Of a stretch of DNA of 64,000 nt, positions 56,370 through 64,000 are shown one piece after another. Source of the stretch: Fimbriimonadales bacterium (GTDB taxonomy: Bacteria > Armatimonadota > Fimbriimonadia > Fimbriimonadales > JABRVX01); contig BTVI01000012.1 in the NCBI GenBank assembly GCA_045862955.1, positions 1 through 64,000 on the forward strand, given 5' to 3'. Each line of letters opens with the position of its first letter. Within the stretch, counting starts at the first letter, position 1. Both the position numbers and the translations under genes were made by a program. Below the pieces are notes generated by a model. That model ran no database searches. It worked only from the letters and a program-made list of their open reading frames with translations, and had not been told where the DNA came from.

Positions 56370-56717
56370 CTAGTTTCCGTTGTCGGTACCCAAGTCCTCG
56401 TCGGGTGAGGGGTCACCATACCGGTCGAGTTCGGTTCCGTGGTACACGCAGGTCACGAAATCGAGGCGGTCGTACGGGGGTAGCACACACGACACCAACT
56501 GGTCATCAATCGTTGCGACCAGTTCCGAGATACGCTCCTCTCCCAAGACGCGGGTTAGGATGAGCGTCGCATAGCCGGTACCCTGGCCGAAGTGGATGTC
56601 CACCTGGCCTATCGGCTCGTCGTCCTCGAAGATCGTGTAACTCTCGGAACTCAGCGTGCGCACAACGCGCGTGAAGTTGAAGGGAACGGGCTTATCCACA
56701 CATGCCTCCTCGTCCAT
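56370..56717 (-). CDS. Hypothetical acidic protein (start may be GTG 56699)
   Basis: 115-aa ORF; GAGGAGG lies just upstream of the internal GTG. Confidence 0.75.
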   Translation of the reverse strand: MDEEACVDKPVPFNFTRVVRTLSSESYTIFEDDEPIGQVDIHFGQGTGYATLILTRVLGEERISELVATIDDQLVSCVLPPYDRLDFVTCVYHGTELDRYGDPSPDEDLGTDNGN

Positions 56718-56761
56718 GATAGCAGGTTTTCGGCTCCCGCGGTTAGCGGTATCCTACTGGC

Positions 56762-57745
56762 GTGCTGCTTCCCAGTCCGATCTACACACTTCTGCTTCAG
56801 CGTGGTGCCCGTCTGCAGGGCATGGAGATCACCGACTTCGGCGATCCCGTCCGCGAGTACGAGGCAATGGACAAGGCCGCCGGCCTCGTGGACCGTTCCT
56901 ACCTAACGAAACTGCGCATCGCTGGCTCCGACGCCGCCGAGTGGCTTCAGGGCCAAGTGAGCAACGATGTAACCAAGCTGCAGCCGGAAGGAAGGCTCTC
57001 TTGTCTCGTCTGCACGCCAACCGGGCAGATCGTCGCGGACTGCTCGGTGTGGCGCGTGCAGGACCACTTCGTGATGCTTGCGCCCGGCTCACAGCGAACA
57101 GCCTTGATCGAGCGTCTCCAGCGGATGCTCGTCTCAGAGGACGTGCGCATCGAGGACGTCACCGAGCGCTATGCCCTGCTCTCTTTGATCGGACCCCATG
57201 TTAGCAAGGAGTGGTCCGAAGGCCACCCCTTCGGACCGACGAACGCGGTTCGTGGGAACGGCCTGGACGTGCTGGTCGCCAACGAAGGCGAGCAGGATTT
57301 CCTGGCGTCGCTGGTGGAGCGGGCGGCTCCCGTCGGGACCATTGCCTATCACGTGCGGCGCATCGAGGACGGCGTCCCGCTGTATGGCGTCGAAATGGAT
57401 GCCCGCACGCTGCCCCAAGAGATGGGTGCCGATTTCGAGCGCGACCACATCTCGTATACCAAGGGGTGCTACACGGGGCAAGAGGTGGTTGCACGCATCC
57501 ACTCGCGAGGCCACACCAATCGGCAGTTGTGCGGCGTTCGCTGGGAGGCCGATGTGCCGGTTGGGGCACGGGTGTTCGCGGGTAATGCCGAGGTAGGGAT
57601 CGTTACCAGCACCTGCCGCTCCTTCGCGCTAGGCGTGCCCATCTCGCTGGCCGTGTCGAGGCGCGAGGCGGCAGAGCCGGGCACGAAGGTGCGAGCCGAA
57701 GGGGTCGAGGGCGAGGTCTGCGAGCTGCCCTTCGTGCGCAGATGA
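56762..57745 (+). CDS. ygfZ: YgfZ/GcvT-family folate-binding protein
   Basis: DRS...G.DA..WLQGQVSNDV; signature KGCYTGQEVVAR. Confidence 0.9.
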   Translation: MLLPSPIYTLLLQRGARLQGMEITDFGDPVREYEAMDKAAGLVDRSYLTKLRIAGSDAAEWLQGQVSNDVTKLQPEGRLSCLVCTPTGQIVADCSVWRVQDHFVMLAPGSQRTALIERLQRMLVSEDVRIEDVTERYALLSLIGPHVSKEWSEGHPFGPTNAVRGNGLDVLVANEGEQDFLASLVERAAPVGTIAYHVRRIEDGVPLYGVEMDARTLPQEMGADFERDHISYTKGCYTGQEVVARIHSRGHTNRQLCGVRWEADVPVGARVFAGNAEVGIVTSTCRSFALGVPISLAVSRREAAEPGTKVRAEGVEGEVCELPFVRR

Positions 57746-58734
57746 GAGATAACCTGGGCCCGGGTTGGCGGCGGGACTTCGCGATCCTGTGCCTGATGAA
57801 CGTTTGCTGGGCGCCGGTGTTCTTCTTCCTGAAAGACCTGCGCGCGGTGATGTCGGACACCGGGGTCGGGCTGGCCCGCTTCGGTTATGCGGCGTCGTTC
57901 TTCTGGCTCGTGGTGTGGTCGCCTCGGCTCCGCCAGATGCTGCACATCCGGATGCCGGTTAGCTGGGGCGAGCGCATTGGGAGCATGGTGATCGGTGCCG
58001 CGTTGGTCGCACCCGCGCACCTGATGTACTTTTGGGGTCTGAGCACCTCACTGGGCACCGAGGCGACGCTGCTCGGCGCGTCCGGTCCGATCATTCTGGC
58101 GCTGGCCGGAGCGGCGTTTCTCAGCGAGCGGCTGACGCTAGGCCAGTGGATCGGCGTCTTCCTCGGCTTCGTGGGCGTGTACGGTGTGGTGACGGGCAAG
58201 TGGGCGTGGATCGAGCTCGGGAGCACCAATCGGAGCGGCAATCTACTGGTGCTGAGTGGTTTCGTGCTGGAGACGACCGGTACGCTTCTCGCAAAGCCGC
58301 TAGTACGTCGCTCCTCTGGCCTCGGCTACACGGTCTGGTCGTTCACGGGAAACGCGCTGGTGTTCGTGGGCCTCACCATTCTGTGGAACCGTCCCATGTT
58401 CACCGCGATGCCGGAAGCGTCGGACGTGCTGAAGCTTTTGTACTTGGCGGTGTTCTCTGCGAGCATTCTGTGGGCGGCGTGGTTCTGGGTAATGGAACGC
58501 CTTCCCGTCGGGCTGATGGGAGTGTCCCTCTATTGTCAGCAGATTGCCGCGGCGCTGCTGGGGTACCTGGTGTATTCCGATCGGCTTGCGGCAGCGGCCT
58601 GGCAGGGCGGTCTGCTGATCCTATTCAGCATCTGGCTCTGCACACGGAAGAGCGGTGCTCGGCGGGAGCCCGCGCGTGAGGCGGCTCGAGGTGATCGCGA
58701 CGGTTCCTCTGCCACAATGGGGACGCGGCGCTAA
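57742..58734 (+). CDS. DMT/EamA family transporter
   Basis: About 10 TM helices in two EamA repeats; FLSERLT; ATGA overlap with ygfZ. Confidence 0.88.
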   Translation: MRDNLGPGWRRDFAILCLMNVCWAPVFFFLKDLRAVMSDTGVGLARFGYAASFFWLVVWSPRLRQMLHIRMPVSWGERIGSMVIGAALVAPAHLMYFWGLSTSLGTEATLLGASGPIILALAGAAFLSERLTLGQWIGVFLGFVGVYGVVTGKWAWIELGSTNRSGNLLVLSGFVLETTGTLLAKPLVRRSSGLGYTVWSFTGNALVFVGLTILWNRPMFTAMPEASDVLKLLYLAVFSASILWAAWFWVMERLPVGLMGVSLYCQQIAAALLGYLVYSDRLAAAAWQGGLLILFSIWLCTRKSGARREPAREAARGDRDGSSATMGTRR

Positions 58735-58814
58735 GATTGACTTTGCCCGGGAGCGCTTGGCCCGACGCCCGTGGCTGCCGTGAACGACAGAGTGCCTTTA
58801 GTGGGAGAGTGAGA

Positions 58815-59171
58815 ATGCAAGGGAAACTGGGAGCCGTAATGCTGTACGCAGAGGATCACGTAGGGTTAGCTACGTGGTACCACGAGGTTCTTGGCTTGCC
58901 ACCGGCCAAGCAATACGAGGAGACGCACCTAGGCTGCGTGCATGAAGACATGTACTTCGGGTTCAACCGGCACACTCCGCAGCCGGTCCCTGGGGCCGTG
59001 TCCCTGTGGTTCATCGTAAACGATTGCGACTCGGAGTTCGCTGCGGTCGAGGGCAGAGGCGGCGTGCCGTTACACGAACCGCACGATACGTCCTGGGGTG
59101 CACGCGTCTGTTGCTTCTCGGACCCCGCGGGCAACCGCGTGTGGCTATACACCTATCTACCGAAGGAGTAG
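58815..59171 (+). CDS. VOC/glyoxalase family protein
   Basis: WYHEVLGL; P.DTSWGAR...FSDPAGN. Confidence 0.85.
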   Translation: MQGKLGAVMLYAEDHVGLATWYHEVLGLPPAKQYEETHLGCVHEDMYFGFNRHTPQPVPGAVSLWFIVNDCDSEFAAVEGRGGVPLHEPHDTSWGARVCCFSDPAGNRVWLYTYLPKE

Positions 59172-59176
59172 ACGCA

Positions 59177-60127
59177 ACGGACGCTCGCGAGTTCTCGGCA
59201 CGACGAGAGGCCGATTGGAAGAGGCTCTCCGAGCTATTGGATCGGGTGCGCTCCGGCAGGCGAGCCTCCATGACTCATGACGAATTGCGCGAGCTGCAGA
59301 CGTTGTATCGCCGCGTCGGCAGCGACCTGGCTTACGCCCAGAGCAACATCAGCAACGAGCGGGTGATCGACTACCTCAACGACCTCGTGGCGCGAGGCCA
59401 CGCGCTGATTTACGCTCCTGAACGAAAGAGCCCTGCGGCCGTGCTTCGGGAGTTGGCCCATGCGGCGCCACTCGCCCTTCGCCGGAGGATGGGCTACGTC
59501 GGCGTGGCAGCGCTGATCACCGCGCTGGGTGCAGGAGTTGGTGCGCTTGCCCAGAGTGTGGACTCGTCGTGGATGGACGCGATGGTGCCGGGGGAGCTTA
59601 GGCAGTCCATAGAGATCTGGCAGACCGGGCAGTTCCCCGAGGCGACAGGCTCCGAGCAGTTCGGGTTCATGGCTGGCCTGAACCTGAACAATAGCTGGGT
59701 GGCTATTCTGATGCTCGCGTCGGGCCTTACATTCGGGTTGTTGACCACGTATCTGCTGGCGATCAACGGCATGGTGCTGGGAGTGGTGATAGTAGAGGTT
59801 GGCCGGGTGGGGCAACTGGGGCACCTGCTTTCCGGGATCGCTGCGCATGGTGTTCCCGAGTTCGGGGCGATCCTGATTGCCGGCGGGGGAGGACTGGTGC
59901 TGGCCGATGCGCTGCTTCGGCCCGGTGAGCTCTCCCGCCCCGACGCCCTACGGAAGGCAGGCCCAGATTGCTTCTGGATGATCGCCTTCGCCCTCCTGTT
60001 GCTAGTGGTTGCGGCTATCTTGGAGGCGTACGTATCTCACTCGACGCTGCCTCGGGGCATGAAGGTGGGCATCGCCGGACTGCTTCTGGTGCTGCTGGCG
60101 GGTTTCGTGTACGGCGTCAGGCGGTAA
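59177..60127 (+). CDS. Stage II sporulation protein M (DUF95)-family membrane protein; apparent ACG start
   Basis: DAREF...W.RL, LYRRVGSDLAYA, YLNDLV, NN..VA, NG..LG, HGVPE, AAILEAYVS; AAGGAG 8 nt before ACG. Confidence 0.85.
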   Translation, partial: TDAREFSARREADWKRLSELLDRVRSGRRASMTHDELRELQTLYRRVGSDLAYAQSNISNERVIDYLNDLVARGHALIYAPERKSPAAVLRELAHAAPLALRRRMGYVGVAALITALGAGVGALAQSVDSSWMDAMVPGELRQSIEIWQTGQFPEATGSEQFGFMAGLNLNNSWVAILMLASGLTFGLLTTYLLAINGMVLGVVIVEVGRVGQLGHLLSGIAAHGVPEFGAILIAGGGGLVLADALLRPGELSRPDALRKAGPDCFWMIAFALLLLVVAAILEAYVSHSTLPRGMKVGIAGLLLVLLAGFVYGVRR

Positions 60128-60141
60128 GAAGTCGTACCGCT

Positions 60142-60171
60142 CGGCCCTGTCGGGTCGGTCCGACAGGGCCG
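60142..60171. terminator. Stem-loop between convergent genes
   Basis: CGGCCCTGTCGG-gtcggt-CCGACAGGGCCG, 12-bp perfect stem. Confidence 0.65.
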
Positions 60172-60179
60172 TCAGTCCC

Positions 60180-61289
60180 CTATCCTACCGACATAGGCAT
60201 GATCACGTACAGGAAACTGGGTTGGTCCACTGCCGGCTTCAGCACTGCGGGGCGTACCGGCTCCGTCATCTCTACGCACACGCCCTCCGAGCCGAGCACG
60301 CCCAGCGCGTCCAGCATATAGCGAGCGTTGAACGCAACCCGGACGTCGCCTCCGTCCGCGGCAATCTCCAGTCGCTCCGTTGCCGTTCCGAAACCCTCGG
60401 CTCGAGCGGAGAGTGTGAGCACCTGGCCCTCGCTCTCGAACGTCACGCGGTGGGATGCCTGCTTAGCCACGATGTCCGCACGCTTGATGGCCGCGGAGAA
60501 CTCCTCGGTGGGCACCGTCCACTTGCGGTTGCACTCTTGCGGTACGACCCGCTCGTAGGCGGGGAAACCGCCAGGGATGAGGGTTGCGACGAGGCGGTCT
60601 CTTCCGACCTCCATACCTATCCGATTGCCTTCGATGGCGATCTGCACCTCGGCGTCGGGGCCCGCCCCGGAGTGGATCAGCGTGTCGAACGCGCGCTGCG
60701 GAATGATGGAGCTGATGCTGAGACCCGAAGCACCGGACGGAGCGGGGGCCGTGCGCATCGCGAGGCGGTGCGTGTCCGTGGCGACCATGCGAATTTGGCC
60801 GCCCTCGCACTGGAAGAGTACGCCCGTCAGGGCGGGCCGTGCCTCGTCCTTCGAGACGGCGATGCTTACCTGATCGAACATGTCCTTCAGAAGGCCCAGT
60901 GAGATGCTCATCGTGGCATCAGGAGCGAACTCCGGCATGGGCGGAAATTCGTCGGCACTGAGGCCCATCAGCGTGTATCGCGCGCTGCCGGACCGGACCT
61001 CGATCTCGTTTCGCTCGCCGATGGTAATCTGCGCGTCCCCGTCCGGTAGAGCAGACAGAATCTCGGTGAACATGCGTGCGGGGACGGTAGTGGCACCCAT
61101 CTCCCCTGGAACCGACGGGAGGGATCTTCGGACCCACATCTCCAGATCGGAGGACATCAGGGCTATGCCGTCGTCCTCCGCCGCCAGCCAGACGTTCGAG
61201 AGGATGGGCAGCGTGCTGCGGGCCGACACTCCCTGGCCGACGAACTGCGCTGCTTCGAGTAGGTCCTTTCTGGGACATGTGATCTGCAT
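60180..61289 (-). CDS. dnaN: DNA polymerase III beta sliding clamp
   Basis: STLPILSN, RPALTGV, VATDTHRLA, FPAYERVVP, AFNARY, YVIMPM. Confidence 0.96.
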   Translation of the reverse strand: MQITCPRKDLLEAAQFVGQGVSARSTLPILSNVWLAAEDDGIALMSSDLEMWVRRSLPSVPGEMGATTVPARMFTEILSALPDGDAQITIGERNEIEVRSGSARYTLMGLSADEFPPMPEFAPDATMSISLGLLKDMFDQVSIAVSKDEARPALTGVLFQCEGGQIRMVATDTHRLAMRTAPAPSGASGLSISSIIPQRAFDTLIHSGAGPDAEVQIAIEGNRIGMEVGRDRLVATLIPGGFPAYERVVPQECNRKWTVPTEEFSAAIKRADIVAKQASHRVTFESEGQVLTLSARAEGFGTATERLEIAADGGDVRVAFNARYMLDALGVLGSEGVCVEMTEPVRPAVLKPAVDQPSFLYVIMPMSVG

Positions 61290-61382
61290 CTCGGTCACTT
61301 CCTGCTTCAAAATCGTTTTATGGACTGGCTTTATTCTGCGCCGTTCCGCCGGAGCCCTGCAAGTTCGCTAATAGGTGGCATC

Positions 61383-62279
61383 TTAGACGCGCACCGCCTT
61401 CGCTCCCGCTTCCAGCAGGCGCAGGTTGCCCGCGTTGGTGCTGTCGTATTCGGGCCACTCGCACGCCGAAACCTTACGGCCTTGCGAAAGGGCGTGCAGG
61501 CCGATCTCTTGCATCACACCGCCCTCGCGCACCTCTACGAAGAGCAGCTCCTCCGCAACCGCGGCGATCAGCCAGTCACGTGCTTTGTTGTGCACGCCGA
61601 GCAGGTGATCTCCGGGACGGTGCGCCGAGATGACGAGGTCGGTCTGCGGGTCGAACCGATATCGCCACAGCCTCGCCGTGGAGAAGGGTTCGCGGTCCAG
61701 CTGCTCGCTAAGCGCATCGAACATACCGCAATCCAGCACGAGAATCCGCGGGCTTCCCCAGCGGAGCGGAACCACGGCTGCTCGGCGATAGGCAGTCGTG
61801 TCATGACCCGCTACCAGCACTCCGGGCTTCAGGACCCACTTTTCCACGATGCGCTCCAGCCGCTGCAGTGCGTCCGCCGTGGCGTCACGCGACGCTAACG
61901 CCGCGAGCGTGGGTCTGTCGAACAGCGCGCGATTGCCGAACAAGTAGAGCACGGTGGGCGGATCCGGGTGTCGTTCCGCCACGCAGGCAGGGTAGGAGGC
62001 ATCGTGCCGGGTGACCCACTCGACGCCGAGCGTCCGCAGCTTCTCCTCCGTGGGCCCATACGTCTCCTCGAGCGCCGCGAGGGGTCTGCTGAGCGCCGCT
62101 GCGACCGAAGCGCTCAGGCCGAAGCCTTCTCGCTTTCGGTCCGCGGGCAGGCGGAGAAACTCCTCGGGGCTTAGCCCTCGTAGTGCGAGCCGGTCCAGGA
62201 TTCTGCCGATTCCCTTGTTCCCCAGGCGCGGGGTAAGGCTTAGCCAGAGGACGAGGCGTCGAACGGGAACCTCGGCCAT
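61383..62279 (-). CDS. Divergent DprA/Smf-like protein
   Basis: L.LTPRLG, YP......DPPTVLYLFGN, RD.LIAA, VE...GG, GRKV, GNLRLLEAGAKAV; canonical AIVG.R and VSGLA motifs degenerate. Confidence 0.75.
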   Translation of the reverse strand: MAEVPVRRLVLWLSLTPRLGNKGIGRILDRLALRGLSPEEFLRLPADRKREGFGLSASVAAALSRPLAALEETYGPTEEKLRTLGVEWVTRHDASYPACVAERHPDPPTVLYLFGNRALFDRPTLAALASRDATADALQRLERIVEKWVLKPGVLVAGHDTTAYRRAAVVPLRWGSPRILVLDCGMFDALSEQLDREPFSTARLWRYRFDPQTDLVISAHRPGDHLLGVHNKARDWLIAAVAEELLFVEVREGGVMQEIGLHALSQGRKVSACEWPEYDSTNAGNLRLLEAGAKAVRV

Positions 62280-62291
62280 CAGCCCTCCTAG

Positions 62292-63392
62292 CTACTGCCT
62301 ATAGCGTCGCAGGAACGAGGGGATGTCTATCGTCTCTTCTTCCGCAGGCTGATTTACGCGCGGTGCCTCGGCTTGCGTCGCTGCCGCCTGGGCTTGGCGC
62401 ATGTGCTGCTCGAGACGGAAGCCTCCGTCTCTCTCGCCGTGTCGCGGAAGCCCTGCTGCTAGAACGATGACTCGTGCCTGGCCTTCCATCGCCGGATCGC
62501 AAACGTGGCCCATGATGATGTTGCCGTCGTCCGGGTCCACGAACTCCTGGATGTAGGACATCGCGTCGTTGGCTTCTCCCAGCGTCAGGTCCTCTCCGCC
62601 GGTCAGGTTTACGAGCACCCTGCTCGCGCCTTCGATGCTGCGTTCCAACAAGGGGCTGGAGACTGCTCGAGATGCCGCATCCATCGCCTTGTTGTCGCCT
62701 CGTCCGTGGCCGATACCCATCATCGCCGGGCCCGCGTCGCTCATGATGGAGCGCACGTCGGCGAAGTCTACGTTGATGACTCCTGGGACCAGCACGATGT
62801 CCGTGATGCTTTGCACCGCCTGCCGCAGCACGTCGTCCGCATAGCCGAACGCCTCGTTGAGGGTCGTGGTCTTGGAGACCACGTCCAGCAGCCTGTCGTT
62901 CGGCACACAGATGATGGTGTCCACCGAGTCCCGCAACTCGGCCACGGCCGCTTCGGCGTTGCGGCACCGCTTCGGCCCTTCGAAGGTGAACGGCTTGGTG
63001 ACCACGGCGACGGTGAGGGCACGCTCTTCACGGCAGATTCGGGCTACGACAGGCGCTGCTCCCGAACCGGTACCTCCACCCATGCCGCAGGTGACGAACG
63101 CCATGTCCACACCGGCAACGCAAGCCCTAATCTCTCGCTCGGCAGCCTCGGCCGCCTCACGTCCGATCTCCGGGTTGCCTCCGGTGCCGAGTCCCCTGGT
63201 GATGTCCTGGCCGATCGGCAGCCGGGTGGGAGCCGAAGACCGGGCCAGCGTCTGCACGTCCGTGTTGAGTGCGACGAACTCCACGCCGGCGACGTTCGCA
63301 CCAATCATTCGCTCCACGGCGTTGCACCCGCCGCCCCCGATACCAAAGACCTTTATGCTAGCCTGCACGTCGTACAATCCCCTTTGCTGCAT
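62292..63392 (-). CDS. ftsZ: Cell division protein FtsZ
   Basis: GIGGGGCNAV, NTD, GMGGGTGSG, PFTFEG, INVDFADV; C-terminal IDIPSFLRR. Confidence 0.97.
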   Translation of the reverse strand: MQQRGLYDVQASIKVFGIGGGGCNAVERMIGANVAGVEFVALNTDVQTLARSSAPTRLPIGQDITRGLGTGGNPEIGREAAEAAEREIRACVAGVDMAFVTCGMGGGTGSGAAPVVARICREERALTVAVVTKPFTFEGPKRCRNAEAAVAELRDSVDTIICVPNDRLLDVVSKTTTLNEAFGYADDVLRQAVQSITDIVLVPGVINVDFADVRSIMSDAGPAMMGIGHGRGDNKAMDAASRAVSSPLLERSIEGASRVLVNLTGGEDLTLGEANDAMSYIQEFVDPDDGNIIMGHVCDPAMEGQARVIVLAAGLPRHGERDGGFRLEQHMRQAQAAATQAEAPRVNQPAEEETIDIPSFLRRYRQ

Positions 63393-64000
63393 TTGCCGTA
63401 GTCATCCATGATTTCGACCCGACGGCCGTCTCCCCTTGGCGAATCTCGCGCGTCGCGAGTCGAAAAGGCTCGAGTAGGTCCGGGGTTCGCGGCGACCGCA
63501 CTACTCGTTCGCTGTCGGGCTCTGTCAGACCGGTGCTTCCACCCATCCGAGCACAGCGCGACGACCATTCCGACATGGGGCGTCCGCTTGACAATTGCCC
63601 CACCTGCGCGATGCCACTCACCCTACGCCGGATCTGCCGGCGACGAAACACTACTCGAGCCGATGCCGCGTTGCGGCGACACCCTATAGGCTACACAGGG
63701 AGTGGCGTGGAAGTCAACACCTCGACTTATGGCAACCATCTGGAGTCTGGGGTGATACGGGCGTTACAATGCGTGGGCCGTCGGCCCGGCGGTTTCATCG
63801 TTTTGGGGCCGTGCGCGAAGTTGCCGCGAGCCCTAACGCCCCACTAATAGTTACGCTTTTTGTCACTGCCGGAACGAAAGTACCAATGGGTAGATCGGAG
63901 GTCGCCGGCGACATTTTTGAGAATCTTGTTTCGATTCGCACTGAACGAGTGAGCGGAGAAATCAGTAGAAATCAGCTCATATTTGCCCGAGGATGGACTT

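Noticed and set aside
56692..56700. Perfect DnaA box TTATCCACA, possible oriC given dnaN nearby
   Set aside because: A single box at a gene start, with no cluster or AT-rich unwinding element seen
63393..64000. Short ORFs and an AGAAATCAG direct repeat upstream of ftsZ
   Set aside because: No recognisable protein signal; the repeat is too short to call, and context is cut by the window edge

Overview
High-GC bacterial chromosomal window. The DUF1559 prepilin-like gene, the PEP-CTERM gene and the dockerin/EF-hand-tailed secreted proteins suggest Armatimonadota (inference only). Most of it is housekeeping: tRNA-Ser(GGA), tRNA-Thr(TGT), ispH, tsaD-rimI, lysA, trpS, 2-oxoacid dehydrogenase E1/E2, prkA-yhbH-spoVR, radC, ygfZ, dnaN and ftsZ. 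The intergenic DNA is dense in palindromic REP/REPIN-like arrays, and one REP-associated tyrosine transposase (RAYT) sits inside its own REP array. Best leads: (1) a secreted protein with an in-frame UGA exactly opposite a Cys of its adjacent paralog (candidate new selenoprotein, or a nonsense allele); (2) a PUA/EVE-like-HNH nuclease plus papain-fold gene pair inside a segment bounded by ~125-bp inverted repeats, next to a 3-repeat, 61-bp-period CRISPR-like mini-array with no cas genes; (3) an MshEN (c-di-GMP-binding motif)-pseudokinase fusion before an FlhG/MinD ATPase; (4) a translationally coupled radC-translin pair; (5) REP subfamilies sharing an NNAT + 11-bp-stem geometry with compensatory base changes. 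All family calls come from motif recognition by eye; no searches were run.
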